Made by a program: the position numbers and the translations under genes. 64,000 bases of DNA from an uncultured bacterium. Its GTDB lineage: Bacteria > Verrucomicrobiota > Verrucomicrobiia > Verrucomicrobiales > DEV007. The stretch lies in assembly GCA_963977015.1 (NCBI GenBank), contig CAXBMO010000005.1, positions 224,001 to 288,000 on the forward strand. Direction: 5' to 3'. Positions 19,849 to 30,142 of this stretch are shown one piece after another. Numbering within the stretch: the stretch's first letter is position 1; each line of letters begins with the position of its first letter. The notes beneath the pieces were generated by a model. The model ran no database searches and was not told the origin of the DNA. It saw only the letters and a program-made list of their open reading frames with translations.

Positions 19849-21178
19849 TTTCTAAGATGGGCTTCGGAGAATTGCTTCGCCGACCGTGGTGACTGGGAAG
19901 GCCTGCACCGAGAACCGCCAAGACTTCGTTGGCCAATTCGGTGACCTGGGTCATGGCGCGGGGGTTCAGGTCGATCCCGAACTCACGCATTTCCGATGCA
20001 TCGCTCATCGCGGCGTTTCCGTAAGCGACGTATTCGATAAGGAGCGAATCGAGGACGATCAATTCTGGCATTTGCGGGCGTAGCTGCAGTTGAGCCGAAT
20101 CTGCCATGGCCCGAGCCTGCCTGACCATCGTTCCGCGAACCTTGTTCCCAACCAGCGCGAAATGGGGATAGCGGTCCGGCCAGAGCACTTCCCGAAGCTG
20201 AAAGAGCGGATCGGAGAAAAGAAGCCCGGCACCATCGATCGAGACCTGGTCGGGGATGATCGGGACGAGGACGAGGTCGGAAGCCGCCAACGCGCCCGTA
20301 AAACTGACCGTCAAACGCGGCGGACAATCCAGAATCACGAAGTCGTAGTCCTGAGACCATTTGCGAATCAGGTTCCGAATGAGAAATCGCGCATCATCTT
20401 TGGCGGGCTCGGCGAACGACGTCAGCAAAGCCGCATCTTCCCGGTCCATGTGGTGAAAGTGCGTTGGCGCGAGATCAAAGGTCGCGCCTGTTTCCCGAAC
20501 CACCTGAAGCGGCATCAGGTCCGTTTCCGTCCAGGTATCGGTTTTGGAGTAGTTCTTCAGCGCGGTGCAAACCGGAGCGTAGCCGCTTTCAAAAAATCGC
20601 GACCGCTGATCACGCGTGAGACAAAGCCGGGTGAGCGATTGCTGCCAATCGAGATCAACCACCAGCACTTTTTTCCCAAAATCAGCCATCGTCGCCGCCA
20701 GGTTTGCGGAGATGGTACTTTTTCCCACGCCCCCTTTCAGGTTCGAAACCGAAATGATTTTGGCCAACGTTTCCGGCGCCTTCTTGACCTTGCCTCGACC
20801 GACGTTCCAGACTCCCCGCTGCTTGGCGACATCGAGTTTGCGAGCGAAGGCCTGAATATCGACCAGACTTTGCTCCACGCTATCGACCAATTCCTTGGGC
20901 AATTCGCGCTCGCTCTGTTGGTCCCACACCTTTTGTTGAAGGGAACTCGCGCGTTCATCAGCCGCGATCAATTCCTTTCGCAAGTTCTCGTTTCTCCGAC
21001 ATTGATTGTTGTTTTCGCGCCGCAGGGAATCGTTCTCCGCTTCGGCCAAATCCACCATCCTTCGCATCTCTGCCATGGAAGCGAGGCCTCTCACGATGAA
21101 AACCAGCGTGGCAAGAAAGGCCCCGAGAACAAGAGTTCCTCCAGCCCAAGCTTCCCAATCATGAGATGGGATCGTCAT
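19805..21178 (-). CDS. ParA/Soj-family ATPase with N-terminal TM helix and coiled coil
   Basis: NLKGGVGKST deviant Walker A, VLVVDLDWQ, VILDCPP; hydrophobic residues 13-30 followed by a charged coiled coil. Confidence 0.85.
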   Translation of the reverse strand: MTIPSHDWEAWAGGTLVLGAFLATLVFIVRGLASMAEMRRMVDLAEAENDSLRRENNNQCRRNENLRKELIAADERASSLQQKVWDQQSERELPKELVDSVEQSLVDIQAFARKLDVAKQRGVWNVGRGKVKKAPETLAKIISVSNLKGGVGKSTISANLAATMADFGKKVLVVDLDWQQSLTRLCLTRDQRSRFFESGYAPVCTALKNYSKTDTWTETDLMPLQVVRETGATFDLAPTHFHHMDREDAALLTSFAEPAKDDARFLIRNLIRKWSQDYDFVILDCPPRLTVSFTGALAASDLVLVPIIPDQVSIDGAGLLFSDPLFQLREVLWPDRYPHFALVGNKVRGTMVRQARAMADSAQLQLRPQMPELIVLDSLLIEYVAYGNAAMSDASEMREFGIDLNPRAMTQVTELANEVLAVLGAGLPSHHGRRSNSPKPILENAGGRVTASIENTI

Positions 21179-21328
21179 ATCTCTTCCTAACGATCGGGTT
21201 CAGGAGGTCGCAAGCGAAAGTTGCACCGGTCATCGCCCCGGAATTCTCTCCATTTGGGACGGCGTTTCGCGATTTTCCCTCCGAATCCGCCGCTTGCGAA
21301 AGGCTCAAACTGAGGCTAGTAGCACGCA

Positions 21329-22552
21329 ATGCCCAAACGAATCGCATTTCTCACCGCCGGAGGCATCGCCCCCTGCCTGTCTCCTTCGATCGGAGCGTTG
21401 ATCGAAAAGTACAAAGAAATCGCTCCAGATGCCGAGTTGATCGGCTATTTGAATGGATACCAAGGTCTGCTTTTGGGGCGCAGCATTGATTTCCCGCCCG
21501 CCGTTTGGGAACGCTTTCACGTGCTCTACAAATTTGGCGGAAGTGCAATCGGCAATAGCCGCGTAAAATTGACTAATGTGAATGACTGCGTGAAGCGCGG
21601 ATTGGTCCAGGAAGGCCAGGATCCACTTCACGTCGCGGCAGAACAACTCAAGAAGGACAGGATCGACATTCTGCATACGATCGGTGGCGATGACACCAAC
21701 ACGACCGCAGCGGACCTCGCCCACTATCTTCAGGACAACGGGTATGGACTCACTGTGGTCGGGCTCCCCAAAACGGTCGACAACGACGTCTTCCCGATCC
21801 GGCAAACGCTCGGAGCGTGGACGGCGGCTCAAGAAGGCGCCATGTTCTTTGAGAATGTCGCCAATGAGAACACCACCAGCACCCGCCAGCTCATCATTCA
21901 TGAGGTAATGGGTCGCCATTGTGGCTGGCTGGCCGCGGCGACCGCCAATGAGTATCACCGGTCTCTGGAGCATTACGAATGGCTCCCCGAATTGCGGATC
22001 AGCAAAGATCGCTGGGATGTGGACGCGGTATGGCTCCCGGAAATGGGAATCGATTTGGACGCAGAATGTGACCGCCTCAGCCAGCGGATGGACGACACCG
22101 ACAAGGTGCATCTGTTTCTCAGTGAAGGCGCCGGAGTCGATGCCATCATTCGCGAAAAGGAATCCAGCGGGGAAGAAGTGAAATACGACGCGTTCGGTCA
22201 CGCGCGAATTGACGAGTTGAACCCTGGCAAATGGTTTGCCAACCAACTCAAAGAGCGATTGGGCGCCGAGAAAGTGTTGGTCCAGAAGAGTGGTTATTTT
22301 GGCCGTTCGGCCGCCCCGATTGAGAAAGATCTCGAGTTGATCAAGCAGAGCGCCTTCGCCGCGGCCGAGTACGCGCTCGAAGGAAAAAGCGGCGTTGCCG
22401 GGCTCGATGAAGACAACAACGATCTCATGACTTGTATCGACTTTTCGAGAATCAAAGGCGGCAAGCCCTTCGACATCGACGTTCACTGGTTCAATCGTCT
22501 GCTTGAAGAGATTGGGCAGCCCAAGGGAGAGAAGCTCACGGTGCATCACTGA
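21329..22552 (+). CDS. pfp: Pyrophosphate-dependent phosphofructokinase
   Basis: TAGGIAPCL, IGGDDT, LPKTVDND and EVMGRHCG motifs. Confidence 0.93.
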   Translation: MPKRIAFLTAGGIAPCLSPSIGALIEKYKEIAPDAELIGYLNGYQGLLLGRSIDFPPAVWERFHVLYKFGGSAIGNSRVKLTNVNDCVKRGLVQEGQDPLHVAAEQLKKDRIDILHTIGGDDTNTTAADLAHYLQDNGYGLTVVGLPKTVDNDVFPIRQTLGAWTAAQEGAMFFENVANENTTSTRQLIIHEVMGRHCGWLAAATANEYHRSLEHYEWLPELRISKDRWDVDAVWLPEMGIDLDAECDRLSQRMDDTDKVHLFLSEGAGVDAIIREKESSGEEVKYDAFGHARIDELNPGKWFANQLKERLGAEKVLVQKSGYFGRSAAPIEKDLELIKQSAFAAAEYALEGKSGVAGLDEDNNDLMTCIDFSRIKGGKPFDIDVHWFNRLLEEIGQPKGEKLTVHH

Positions 22553-22639
22553 TCCGCTGCCACCGGGTGGTGAGATTGATCTTGACTTGAGTTGCTCCTC
22601 TGAGCGATTTCATGGGGGTAATCCTTAAAAAATCCCCTT

Positions 22640-23131
22640 ATGAAAAAAATCCTCTTGGTTCTTTCCACCCTCATGATGGCCCTCGGTTCGCCGCTCTACG
22701 CTCAAGATGGAGCGAAAGAGAAGAAGAAGGGGCCGGTCTCGATGACCGAACGAACCATCAAGCGCTATGAAGCCGTTGGCCTGACCGACGATCAAACCGC
22801 GAAAATCAAAGAACTGGCCGCCGCAACGGAGACCAAGCTGGCAGCGGCCAAGGATAAGGCAGCTCTAACCGACGACCAAAAGAAAGCTCAACGGGAAGCC
22901 ATGGAAGCCGCGAAAACCGCCGGCAAGAAGGGAAAAGAGATGAAGGATGCCGTAACGGCTGCAGTCACGTTGAGCGATGACCAACTCGCGGCGAAAAAAG
23001 AGATGAAAACCATCATGGGAGAATTCGGGAAATCCGTGCAGGGGCTCCTGACGGACGAACAGAAGGCAAAGCTGAAGGAATCTCGGCCAGCCAAGGCAAA
23101 TCCCAAAGCAAAGCCGAAAGCGACCAGTTAA
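22640..23131 (+). CDS. Secreted Lys/Ala-rich helical protein (Spy/CpxP-like LTxxQ repeats)
   Basis: Signal peptide; LTDDQ / LSDDQ / LTDEQ repeats. Confidence 0.75.
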   Translation: MKKILLVLSTLMMALGSPLYAQDGAKEKKKGPVSMTERTIKRYEAVGLTDDQTAKIKELAAATETKLAAAKDKAALTDDQKKAQREAMEAAKTAGKKGKEMKDAVTAAVTLSDDQLAAKKEMKTIMGEFGKSVQGLLTDEQKAKLKESRPAKANPKAKPKATS

Positions 23132-23155
23132 TCGCTTCACAAATTTCATTCCGAC

Positions 23156-23187
23156 AAAGGGGCTTTCGCAGTGGAAGCCCCTTTTTG
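23156..23187 (+). terminator. Intrinsic terminator, probably bidirectional
   Basis: AAAGGGGCTTT-cgcagtg-GAAGCCCCTTTTT between convergent genes. Confidence 0.8.
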
Positions 23188-23259
23188 ATTCACCTCCTCA
23201 TCAAGCATCACTCCCGCGCTCCCCTGGCGGTTGGCGGGATCAGCCGAAAGGCTAGTGCT

Positions 23260-23913
23260 CTAATCAGGCAGCAACGCCGGCAGTTGAGCGACGGAATCGA
23301 TGGTTAGGTCGGGCTCAATGCCACAGGAATGCTCGGGAAAGAGCTGAATCCAACACGTTTTCATCCCCAACGCGGCGGCCCCTTCGATGTCGTTTTCCGG
23401 ATTGTCGCCAACAAACAGAACGTCCTCCGGCGCCAGCCCAAAAGAGTCGATGAGAGGCTGAAAGGCGCGTTGATCGGGTTTGTGATGCCCAATGTCTCCC
23501 GTTGCAAAAACGTGGGATGAATCAAAGTGCCGGTCGATCCCGAGACTGGAGAATTTCTTCAGTTGGAAGCCGGAATCTCCATTCGTCAGGATCCCGAGCT
23601 TGTAGCGCTTGCCGAGGCGTTCGACCGCTTCGTGAATCGCGGTGTCGATTTCGATCATGCTCATGACTTCGCGTTGAAACCTGGCCTCCGCATCCTTCCA
23701 GCCTTCCGCCCAATCGACCCGCTCCGCAATCCAGGAATAAAAGTCGGGACGCGGGATGAAACCGCTGTTGTCATAGGCGATCCCGGCGTTGGCCGTGGCT
23801 TCGTCATCCCCAAAAACGGACCGAATCCAACGGTTCACAGCTTGGTCTCGACTGTAGAGGGTATTGTCGAGATCAAACCCAATCGCTTTGAGGTTGGTTA
23901 GTTTGGCATTCAC
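23260..23913 (-). CDS. HAD-superfamily hydrolase
   Basis: FDLDNTL, LTNG, KPD and FVGDNPENDI motifs. Confidence 0.9.
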   Translation of the reverse strand: MNAKLTNLKAIGFDLDNTLYSRDQAVNRWIRSVFGDDEATANAGIAYDNSGFIPRPDFYSWIAERVDWAEGWKDAEARFQREVMSMIEIDTAIHEAVERLGKRYKLGILTNGDSGFQLKKFSSLGIDRHFDSSHVFATGDIGHHKPDQRAFQPLIDSFGLAPEDVLFVGDNPENDIEGAAALGMKTCWIQLFPEHSCGIEPDLTIDSVAQLPALLPD

Positions 23914-24039
23914 AGGGCGGCAGTTTCAAGCGGTTCGCCCAAGTTTCAAGTTCCCGCGACGATTGAAATCGGACCTAACGCATGAAAAACGATTTTCGAG
24001 TTTCGTTTTCGTTTTTAGGAGGTATAGCGCTATTCTATC

Positions 24040-25179
24040 ATGAGCGAAACTGCCGTATATTCCCGCAAGAATCCGTTTCCAGCGACCCTGAAAGTTCACG
24101 AACGCCTTTGCGGCGAGGGTTCAGTGAAAGACATTCGTCACTTTGAACTCAGCTTAGCTGGTTCGGGCTTGGAGTACCAGTTGGGCGACTCGTTGGGTGT
24201 TGTCCCAAAGAACGATCCGGAATTGGTGGATGAATTGATTACCCTGTTGGGGCTCGATCCCGCAGAAGTCGTGCCTACGCCGGACAAATCTGAAGCGCCG
24301 CTGCGTGAAGCCCTGATCGAGAAGTGCAACATCACCGGTCCTTCACGGAAGTTCATGAAGGACTTCGCGGAACGCGCCGACAGCGACGAAATGCGTGGTT
24401 TGCTCGAGAAAGAACGCGCGAAAGACTTCAACGCCTATGTCGAGGCTCGCGAGATCATCGACTTTTTTATCGAAAACCCGGAGGTCAAAATGACCGGGGC
24501 GGAATTAACCGGCCTGCTCGGGAAATTGCAGCCTCGTCTTTACTCGATTGCCTCCAGCCTGAAGGTTCATCCAGAAGAAGTTCACCTGACGATCGCCCGG
24601 GTTGACTACGAAACGTTGGGCCGCAAACGCAAGGGAGTCTGCTCGACCTACCTCGCGGATCGCGCACCAAACGGCACCCAAATGCCGGTCTTCGTTCATG
24701 CGGCAAAGGGCTTCAAACCACCGGAAGATGACACGGCCCCAATGATCATGGTTGGACCGGGAACCGGGATTGCACCATTTCGTGCATTCCTTGAAGAGCG
24801 AGTTGCCACGAATGCTCCCGGCAAGAACTGGCTCATCTTCGGCAATCCTCATTCCAAGACCGATTATCTCTATGGCGAGCAATTCGAAGGTTACAAAGCC
24901 TCCGGCGCCATCTCGCGATTGGATTTGGCATGGTCCCGCGACCAGGATCACAAAATTTACGTTCAGGACAAGATCAAGGAAGCTGGTGCGGAACTCTGGA
25001 AGTGGCTTGAAGAAGGAGCTTACTTCTACGTCTGTGGTGACGCCGTCTACATGGCAAAAGACGTGGACGATGCCCTCCACAAGGCGATCGAGGAATTCGG
25101 AGGAATGTCTGCCGAAGCCGCCGCTGAGTACGTGGCGCAAATGAAGAAGGACAAGCGCTACCAACGCGACGTTTACTAG
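24040..25179 (+). CDS. Sulfite reductase flavoprotein-like FAD/NADPH module (CysJ-like, no flavodoxin domain)
   Basis: RLYSIASS, GVCSTYL, MVGPGTGIAPFR, YVCGDA and C-terminal RYQRDVY. Confidence 0.88.
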   Translation: MSETAVYSRKNPFPATLKVHERLCGEGSVKDIRHFELSLAGSGLEYQLGDSLGVVPKNDPELVDELITLLGLDPAEVVPTPDKSEAPLREALIEKCNITGPSRKFMKDFAERADSDEMRGLLEKERAKDFNAYVEAREIIDFFIENPEVKMTGAELTGLLGKLQPRLYSIASSLKVHPEEVHLTIARVDYETLGRKRKGVCSTYLADRAPNGTQMPVFVHAAKGFKPPEDDTAPMIMVGPGTGIAPFRAFLEERVATNAPGKNWLIFGNPHSKTDYLYGEQFEGYKASGAISRLDLAWSRDQDHKIYVQDKIKEAGAELWKWLEEGAYFYVCGDAVYMAKDVDDALHKAIEEFGGMSAEAAAEYVAQMKKDKRYQRDVY

Positions 25180-25374
25180 AGATCCCCGGCATCTTTCCGC
25201 TTCCGGAGAAAAACGACCGTTGCGAAAACCTTCGTGCTTCGTGCCGAAGCGAGGTGAAGTCGTGATCAGGGAAACCAAGGGAACGACGAACACCCAAACC
25301 GGCCTTGCTCCGGTTTCCGTGTGCTCAATCAAGTGAACCCAAGTAGAGATTCCAATCTGCGCGGCGTTCGTCCG

Positions 25375-26328
25375 TCAAACCTCTCGGACGCCTTCCGATT
25401 GGATCGATTGGCAAAAGTCGGCGTAAGCGTGGCGTAGCCCGTTTTCGAGGTTGAACTCCGGTTTCCACCCCGTTTCGCGCAAGATCGAGGAATCCATCAG
25501 CTTTCGCGGAGTCCCGTCCGGCTTGGAACCATCCTGCTTGATCTCTCCTTCAAATCCGGTCACTTGCGCGATCAATTGGGCCAGATCGCCAATCGACACC
25601 TCTTCGCCCGAGCCAACATTGACCAGATTTGGTGGATCTTCCAACGCCAGGAGGTGGAGACAGGCTGAAGCAAGATCCTCCACATAAAGAAATTCGCGAA
25701 GCGGCTTTCCACTCCCCCAAATCGCAACGGACTCGGCCCCCGATTGCGCAGCCTCATGAAAACGGCGCAGCATCCCGGGAATGACGTGCGAATTGTCCGG
25801 ATGATAGTTGTCACCCGGCCCATAGAGATTGGTCGGCATGGCCGAATGATACACCACTCCGTGCTGACGCCGATAAAACTCACACAGCTTCAACCCAGCG
25901 ATTTTGGCGATCGCATACGCCTCGTTCGTCGGCTCAAGAGGCCCGGTCAACAACGCGTCCTCGCGCATCGGCTGTTCCGCCAATTTCGGGTAGATGCAGG
26001 AACTTCCAAGGAAGAGAATCCGCTCAACTCCCGCTTGAAAACTCTCGTGCACAAGGTTGCTCGCAATGGCCAGGTTCTGATAAATGAAATCTGCCGGATA
26101 GGTATTGTTCGCGTGAATCCCGCCGACACGAGCGGCGGCGATCACCACGGTTTTCGGCTTCGCTTGCTCCAAAAACTCACGAACTTCAGCCTGCTCGGTC
26201 AGATCGACTTCCTGGCGAGTGGCCGTGATTACGGAAGAGTCTTCCCTCTTTTCCAGCGCCCGCACCAGGGCCCCCCCCACCATGCCGGTGTGGCCCGCGA
26301 CGTAAATTGATTCGAGCAGAGCGTCCAC
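25375..26328 (-). CDS. fcl: GDP-L-fucose synthase
   Basis: [27 protein letters not shown] and YAIAKIAG motifs. Confidence 0.95.
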   Translation of the reverse strand: MDALLESIYVAGHTGMVGGALVRALEKREDSSVITATRQEVDLTEQAEVREFLEQAKPKTVVIAAARVGGIHANNTYPADFIYQNLAIASNLVHESFQAGVERILFLGSSCIYPKLAEQPMREDALLTGPLEPTNEAYAIAKIAGLKLCEFYRRQHGVVYHSAMPTNLYGPGDNYHPDNSHVIPGMLRRFHEAAQSGAESVAIWGSGKPLREFLYVEDLASACLHLLALEDPPNLVNVGSGEEVSIGDLAQLIAQVTGFEGEIKQDGSKPDGTPRKLMDSSILRETGWKPEFNLENGLRHAYADFCQSIQSEGVREV

Positions 26329-26343
26329 CTTCGCAGAGTTCCG

Positions 26344-27369
26344 TTACTTCGCAACTCCGGCCCTGGCTTCCTCATACGCCTTTTCCTCGCGCGCCAATTG
26401 GAGATCGGAATCGACCATGATTTGCACCAACTCCTTGAACTTCACCTTTGGCTCCCAACCAAGTTGCTTCTTGGCTTTCGCGGGATCACCAACCAGCAAT
26501 TCAACTTCAGCAGGTCGCAGGTAGCGCTCATCGAGCTTCACGAATTCTTTGTAGTCCAAATCCAAACGACCAAAGGCTTCTTTGCAGAACTCCTCGACAG
26601 TGTGCGTTTCGCCGGTCGCGACGACGTAGTCGTCAGGGGTGTCCTGCTGCAGCATCATCCACATCATCTCGACGTATTCCTTGGCGTAGCCCCAATCGCG
26701 TTTCGCATCCAGATTCCCGAGATAAAGCTCACTCTGCAGACCAACTTTAATCCGCGCCGCAGCCCGGCTGATTTTGCGCGTCACAAACGTTTCGCCACGG
26801 CGGGGTGACTCGTGATTGAAGAGAATCCCGTTACTGGCATGGAGATTGTAGCTCTCCCGATAGTTTACCGTGAGCCAGTAGGCATAAACCTTCGCGCATC
26901 CGTAAGGCGAACGCGGCCAAAACGGGGTGGTCTCCACCTGCGGCACTTCCTGAACCTTTCCGAACATCTCAGACGAGGACGCCTGATAATAGCGAACCTT
27001 TTCTACCAAACCGACCTCACGAATCGCCTCCAAAATCCGCAACGAGCCCAATCCCACAATGTCTCCGGTCGACTCAGGCACATCAAACGAAACGCGAACA
27101 TGGCTTTGCGCTCCCAGATTGTAAATCTCGTCGGGCTGAAGGTTGTAGAGCAACTTCGCCAAGGCAGAGCTGTCGCTGAGATCGCCATAATGCAAGGTCA
27201 GGCGCGGATTGGCGGTGTGGGGATCCTGGTAGATGTGATCAATCCGCTCGGTATTGAACGATGAACTCCGCCGAATGATTCCATGCACCTCATAGCCTTT
27301 ATCGAGCAGAAGCTCGGCAAGATAAGAGCCATCCTGCCCGGTGATCCCTGTAATTAGTGCGCTTTTCAT
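26344..27369 (-). CDS. gmd: GDP-mannose 4,6-dehydratase
   Basis: [16 protein letters not shown] and [15 protein letters not shown] motifs. Confidence 0.97.
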   Translation of the reverse strand: MKSALITGITGQDGSYLAELLLDKGYEVHGIIRRSSSFNTERIDHIYQDPHTANPRLTLHYGDLSDSSALAKLLYNLQPDEIYNLGAQSHVRVSFDVPESTGDIVGLGSLRILEAIREVGLVEKVRYYQASSSEMFGKVQEVPQVETTPFWPRSPYGCAKVYAYWLTVNYRESYNLHASNGILFNHESPRRGETFVTRKISRAAARIKVGLQSELYLGNLDAKRDWGYAKEYVEMMWMMLQQDTPDDYVVATGETHTVEEFCKEAFGRLDLDYKEFVKLDERYLRPAEVELLVGDPAKAKKQLGWEPKVKFKELVQIMVDSDLQLAREEKAYEEARAGVAK

Positions 27370-27480
27370 GAAATTTCTGTCCCGAAGAAGAGCGCTGACG
27401 AAACAACAGCGCAAACTTACCGTCAACGTTTTTCACGAACACTTGACCGCATGGAGATTTGGGTGCTCAGGTTAGCGTTT

Positions 27481-28029
27481 ATGAAGCTCCTACCTCTTTT
27501 TTCATCCCTTATTCTTCTGGCCTGCATCGGTCAATCCTCAGCCCAAGACTTTAAAGTCGCTGTGGTCGACTTCAAAAAGGCCATTCTCGCTCATCCCAAA
27601 GCAAAGGAGCTGGAAGCATCGCTGAAAAAAGAAGGCGAGAACGCTGCCAGCGTCATCGCCGCCAAGCAGAAGGAGCTTGAAGGCCTGAGAGAGACCGCGG
27701 CAGGACTTCAATCCCAAAAAGGACCCGATGGAAAATTGACGGAAGATGCTTTCAAAAAGCTTCTCGAGCTCCAGAAAAAGGCGGATGAAATCAAGCAAAG
27801 CATGATTCAGACCCAATCGAGAACTCAACTGGGCCTCAACGACCTCCGGCTCAAGGGGTTGACCGAAGTTGCCAATGAGGTGGGCGATCTCGTCACCAAG
27901 GCCAACAATGGCAAGTACGCCCTCGTTTTCGATAGCTCCGGCGCGACGCGCGATGGAACGCCCCAGCTGCTCGATTTTCCCGGAGCCGACGACATCACCG
28001 ATCAAGTCATCGCGCTTCTGCCCAAATAA
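27481..28029 (+). CDS. OmpH/Skp-family periplasmic chaperone
   Basis: Signal peptide, KVAVVDF, YALVFD..DITDQVI. Confidence 0.85.
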   Translation: MKLLPLFSSLILLACIGQSSAQDFKVAVVDFKKAILAHPKAKELEASLKKEGENAASVIAAKQKELEGLRETAAGLQSQKGPDGKLTEDAFKKLLELQKKADEIKQSMIQTQSRTQLGLNDLRLKGLTEVANEVGDLVTKANNGKYALVFDSSGATRDGTPQLLDFPGADDITDQVIALLPK

Positions 28030-28042
28030 CGCTCCCTCGGGT

Positions 28043-28393
28043 TCAGCTTTTGGCCCGTATCGCGAACCAGAGCCAACCCGCCAGGAATGCGACGCCTCCA
28101 ATTGGGGTAATCGCTCCAAAAATCGCGGCCCCGGTCAGGCAATACAGGTAGAGACATCCGCTGAAGACCAGAATTCCGACGGCCAGGCAAATCCATGGAC
28201 CTTTCGGAACGGATTCTGCTCGCCATGCGATTGCAAAAAGAGCAACCGCATGAATCAAATGATAGTGGCTCGCCGTTTCCCAGAATTCGATCCGACTGAA
28301 GATTTCCGCGTGTTTCTCCAATCCATGTGCGCCAAAAGCGCCAAGAGCGATTGCAAGAAAGGCGAGAATGGCGGAGATGCGAGTGTAGTTCAT
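28043..28393 (-). CDS. DUF423 (YgdD/TMEM256) membrane protein
   Basis: GAFGAHGL, YHLIHA, FSGCLY and ITPIGG motifs. Confidence 0.9.
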   Translation of the reverse strand: MNYTRISAILAFLAIALGAFGAHGLEKHAEIFSRIEFWETASHYHLIHAVALFAIAWRAESVPKGPWICLAVGILVFSGCLYLYCLTGAAIFGAITPIGGVAFLAGWLWFAIRAKS

Positions 28394-28428
28394 CCTCCCA
28401 ATGTTAAGCTGAAATTTGTCACCACAAC

Positions 28429-29391
28429 ATGAATTCCCGAATCGCTTATCTCGACTCCGCCACGCTTGATGCTGGCGACATCGACTTTTCTCCGCTCGAA
28501 GCCCTCGGCGACCTCACGCTCCACGGCGTCACCAAACCGGAAGAACGCCTTCCGCGTTGCCTGGAGGCCGACATCGTCTTGGTCAACAAAGCCGTCCTCG
28601 ATCGCGAAATCCTGGAAGCGTGCCGGGACAACCTCAAGTTCATCGTCGTCACCGCAACCGGCACCAACAACCTCGATCTCCAGGCCGCCCGCGAACTCAA
28701 GATCCCCGTCAGCAACGTGAGCGGCTACTCCACCGAAGGCGTCGCCCAGCACACCCTGGCAATGATCCTCAATCTCGCCACCAACGTCCACCGTTTCGCC
28801 GCCGAACCCGAAGAGTGGGCAAAGTCGCCCATGTTCACCCGGCTCGACTACCCCATCATCGAACTGGCGGGCAAAACCCTTGGAATCGTCGGCTTGGGAA
28901 CCATCGGAAAACGCGTCGCCGCCCTCGGCAAAGCCCTCGGCATGAAAGTCATCGCCCTCGGCCGGGAAGGCGCCAGCTTTGAAGGCGAAGTCCCGAGGCT
29001 GCCTCACAACTCCTTCTTCGCCAATGCCGATTTCGTCACCCTTCACTGTCCGCTCACTCCGCTCAACGAACGCTTCATCAACGCAGAAACCCTGCAGCTC
29101 ATGAAGCCGGGCAGCTTCCTCATCAACACCGGGCGCGGCCAACTGATCGACGAAACCGCCCTGCTCGAAGCTCTCAAGAGCGGTCACCTCGGCGGCGCTG
29201 GATTGGACGTCCTCAGCGCGGAACCACCTGCCGAAGGCCATCCACTCCTCGATTCGAGCATCCCCAACCTCTTCGTCACGCCTCACACCGCCTGGGCATC
29301 CTATGAATCCCGAATTCGCCTCCTGGACGCCGTCTGCGAAAACATCCGCTCCTTCCAAGCAGGTGGCGAAATCCTCAGTCGCGTCGCCTGA
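28429..29391 (+). CDS. D-2-hydroxyacid dehydrogenase (glycerate dehydrogenase-like)
   Basis: ATGTNNLD, GLGTIG, LINTGRG and TPHTAWAS motifs. Confidence 0.9.
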   Translation: MNSRIAYLDSATLDAGDIDFSPLEALGDLTLHGVTKPEERLPRCLEADIVLVNKAVLDREILEACRDNLKFIVVTATGTNNLDLQAARELKIPVSNVSGYSTEGVAQHTLAMILNLATNVHRFAAEPEEWAKSPMFTRLDYPIIELAGKTLGIVGLGTIGKRVAALGKALGMKVIALGREGASFEGEVPRLPHNSFFANADFVTLHCPLTPLNERFINAETLQLMKPGSFLINTGRGQLIDETALLEALKSGHLGGAGLDVLSAEPPAEGHPLLDSSIPNLFVTPHTAWASYESRIRLLDAVCENIRSFQAGGEILSRVA

Positions 29392-29406
29392 CAATCGTCA
29401 AGGAGA

Positions 29407-29424
29407 GGCGACAATCCTGTCGCC
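29407..29424. repeat. REP-like short palindrome
   Basis: GGCGACA-ATCC-TGTCGCC between convergent genes. Confidence 0.45.
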
Positions 29425-29436
29425 AACCTTTGAATG

Positions 29437-29737
29437 CTATTGCTTTACGTTTCTTCTCCAGGATTGCGGCTTTCGACTTTGGTGAAAGACCGAAACAATG
29501 ATTACCTCCTCGTCACCCACAATCGTGTAGATGAGAGTGTATGGAAATCCGTCGCAGGTTGCTACGACGGTAATCATCCGCAATCTTCGCCCAAGCTTCT
29601 GGGTAATGAAGAATTCTCCCGATAGCCGCATCAACCTCATCGATGAAATCTGCTCCCAATCCCATCACCCTCTCGTCGTAAAACTCGGCCGCATCCTCGA
29701 GTTCCTGAAGCGCAGGGGAGAGGAAGCGATAGTTCAT
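29437..29737 (-). pseudogene. RelE/ParE toxin, frameshifted
   Basis: N-half MNYRFLSPALQELEDAAEFY...RRSNLR and C-half FPYTLIY...VFHQSRKP are in different frames; one extra base near 29548-29551. Confidence 0.8.
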
Positions 29738-29958
29738 TTGGCGAACTTGGAACGGAGCTCAGCCATCGCCCGGGTGCCGTCAATAGCGGCAATCTCTCCA
29801 TCGCGAAAAGCCTTCATCCGATCATCCGCCTCCTGAATCCACGCTTCTGTAATCTCTGAAGGTGTCATTGAAAGGCTCTCCAGCAGGCGATCCGCCAAAA
29901 CCGCCCTCTCTGTATCAGAGAGTTGCAATGCTTCCTTTTCAATAATTGCGTGATCCAT
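29734..29958 (-). CDS. Addiction-module antitoxin (TIGR02574-like)
   Basis: ALQLSDTERAVLADRLLESL..AWIQEADDR; stop overlaps the toxin start. Confidence 0.85.
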   Translation of the reverse strand: MDHAIIEKEALQLSDTERAVLADRLLESLSMTPSEITEAWIQEADDRMKAFRDGEIAAIDGTRAMAELRSKFAK

Positions 29959-30142
29959 TTCAGGAAAATGCTAGTGCACCACCAAGTCAATTTCAAACGG
30001 AACACCGTCCGCAACTCCTTCAGAGCTGTCGGACATGACGTTTTCAAATACCCAAGGTAACATCGCTTCGCCTTTGCCCCCTTGTGTTCATGCAATCCTT
30101 GCCTCAAATCTCTGTTCGGATCAGCCAAACTCCGGGACCTTT

